From contig NW_024704742.1 of assembly GCF_018977255.1 (NCBI RefSeq), forward strand, positions 94,118,001-94,182,000: DNA of 64,000 nucleotides. Direction: 5' to 3'. Under the pieces are notes generated by a model. That model saw only the letters and a list, made by a program, of their open reading frames with translations. It made no database searches and had not been told where the DNA came from. Below, piece by piece: positions 63,551-64,000 of this stretch. The position numbers and the translations under genes were made by a program. This stretch comes from Callorhinchus milii. Taxonomy: Eukaryota. Position 1 is the first letter of the stretch. Every line of letters starts with the position of its first letter.

Positions 63551-64000
63551 AACATCTATGTAGTGAGGTGGATTTTTTTCCAGTAATGCTATCACTTTCC
63601 CAAGGAGCGCTTTTTAAGCCTCTCTAAAGCTTTGAGAAGAGCGTTTTTTGAGGTATTATATAAATAGGTTTCTTTGCACTTCCTTATTCATTCTTTGATT
63701 TTTTTTTATAAGCATCCCCATATTCTAAATGCATTTGAAATGCACTTTCTAACAAGGGAAATGTAATTTTGGAAAGCTGTGAGCATTCTGCACTCAACCA
63801 TTCCTTATTTGGGGCATTTCTGACTCAAGTAATACAACACAATCTGGTCCAGCTTAGATCCAATATTAGATCCCAAGAGTCTAGGCAAGACTGTGAGTAA
63901 AAAAAACTCCATACTGTGTTTGGAAGGGATGTACTTTGAGCAACAACAACTTGGTTGAGCAAAAGACAACATGTTGGCAAGTGTTGAATGCTGGTATACT

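Overview
Repeat-dense vertebrate genomic DNA, most likely from a cartilaginous fish. This is inferred from the repeat mix: L2 and CR1 LINEs, tRNA-headed SINEs with L2 3' tails, and Deu-domain SINEs resembling shark SacSINE1. Almost all long ORFs in the track are decayed LINE ORF2 pieces, their antisense shadows, or translations of satellite DNA. Splice signals suggest two minus-strand genes that I cannot name. (1) A gene with a CpG-rich promoter/5'UTR at ~38.6-41.8 kb, interleaved with ~3.5 kb of C/T-rich tandem arrays, and candidate coding exons at 38158-38337, 31954-32077 and 29251-29341. (2) Part of another gene, with one well-supported coiled-coil exon at 59943-60049. No prokaryote-type system (CRISPR, operon, rRNA) is present, and I found no clear new biological system. 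The most distinctive observations are two short-range inverted duplications that start at the L2/SINE tail (15.4-15.7 kb and 62.2-62.9 kb), an unclassified repeat family whose inverted copies bracket an exon, a possible P-element-type transposase remnant, and a weak HAUS2-like pattern in the right-hand gene. All homology calls are from memory of motifs, not database searches.
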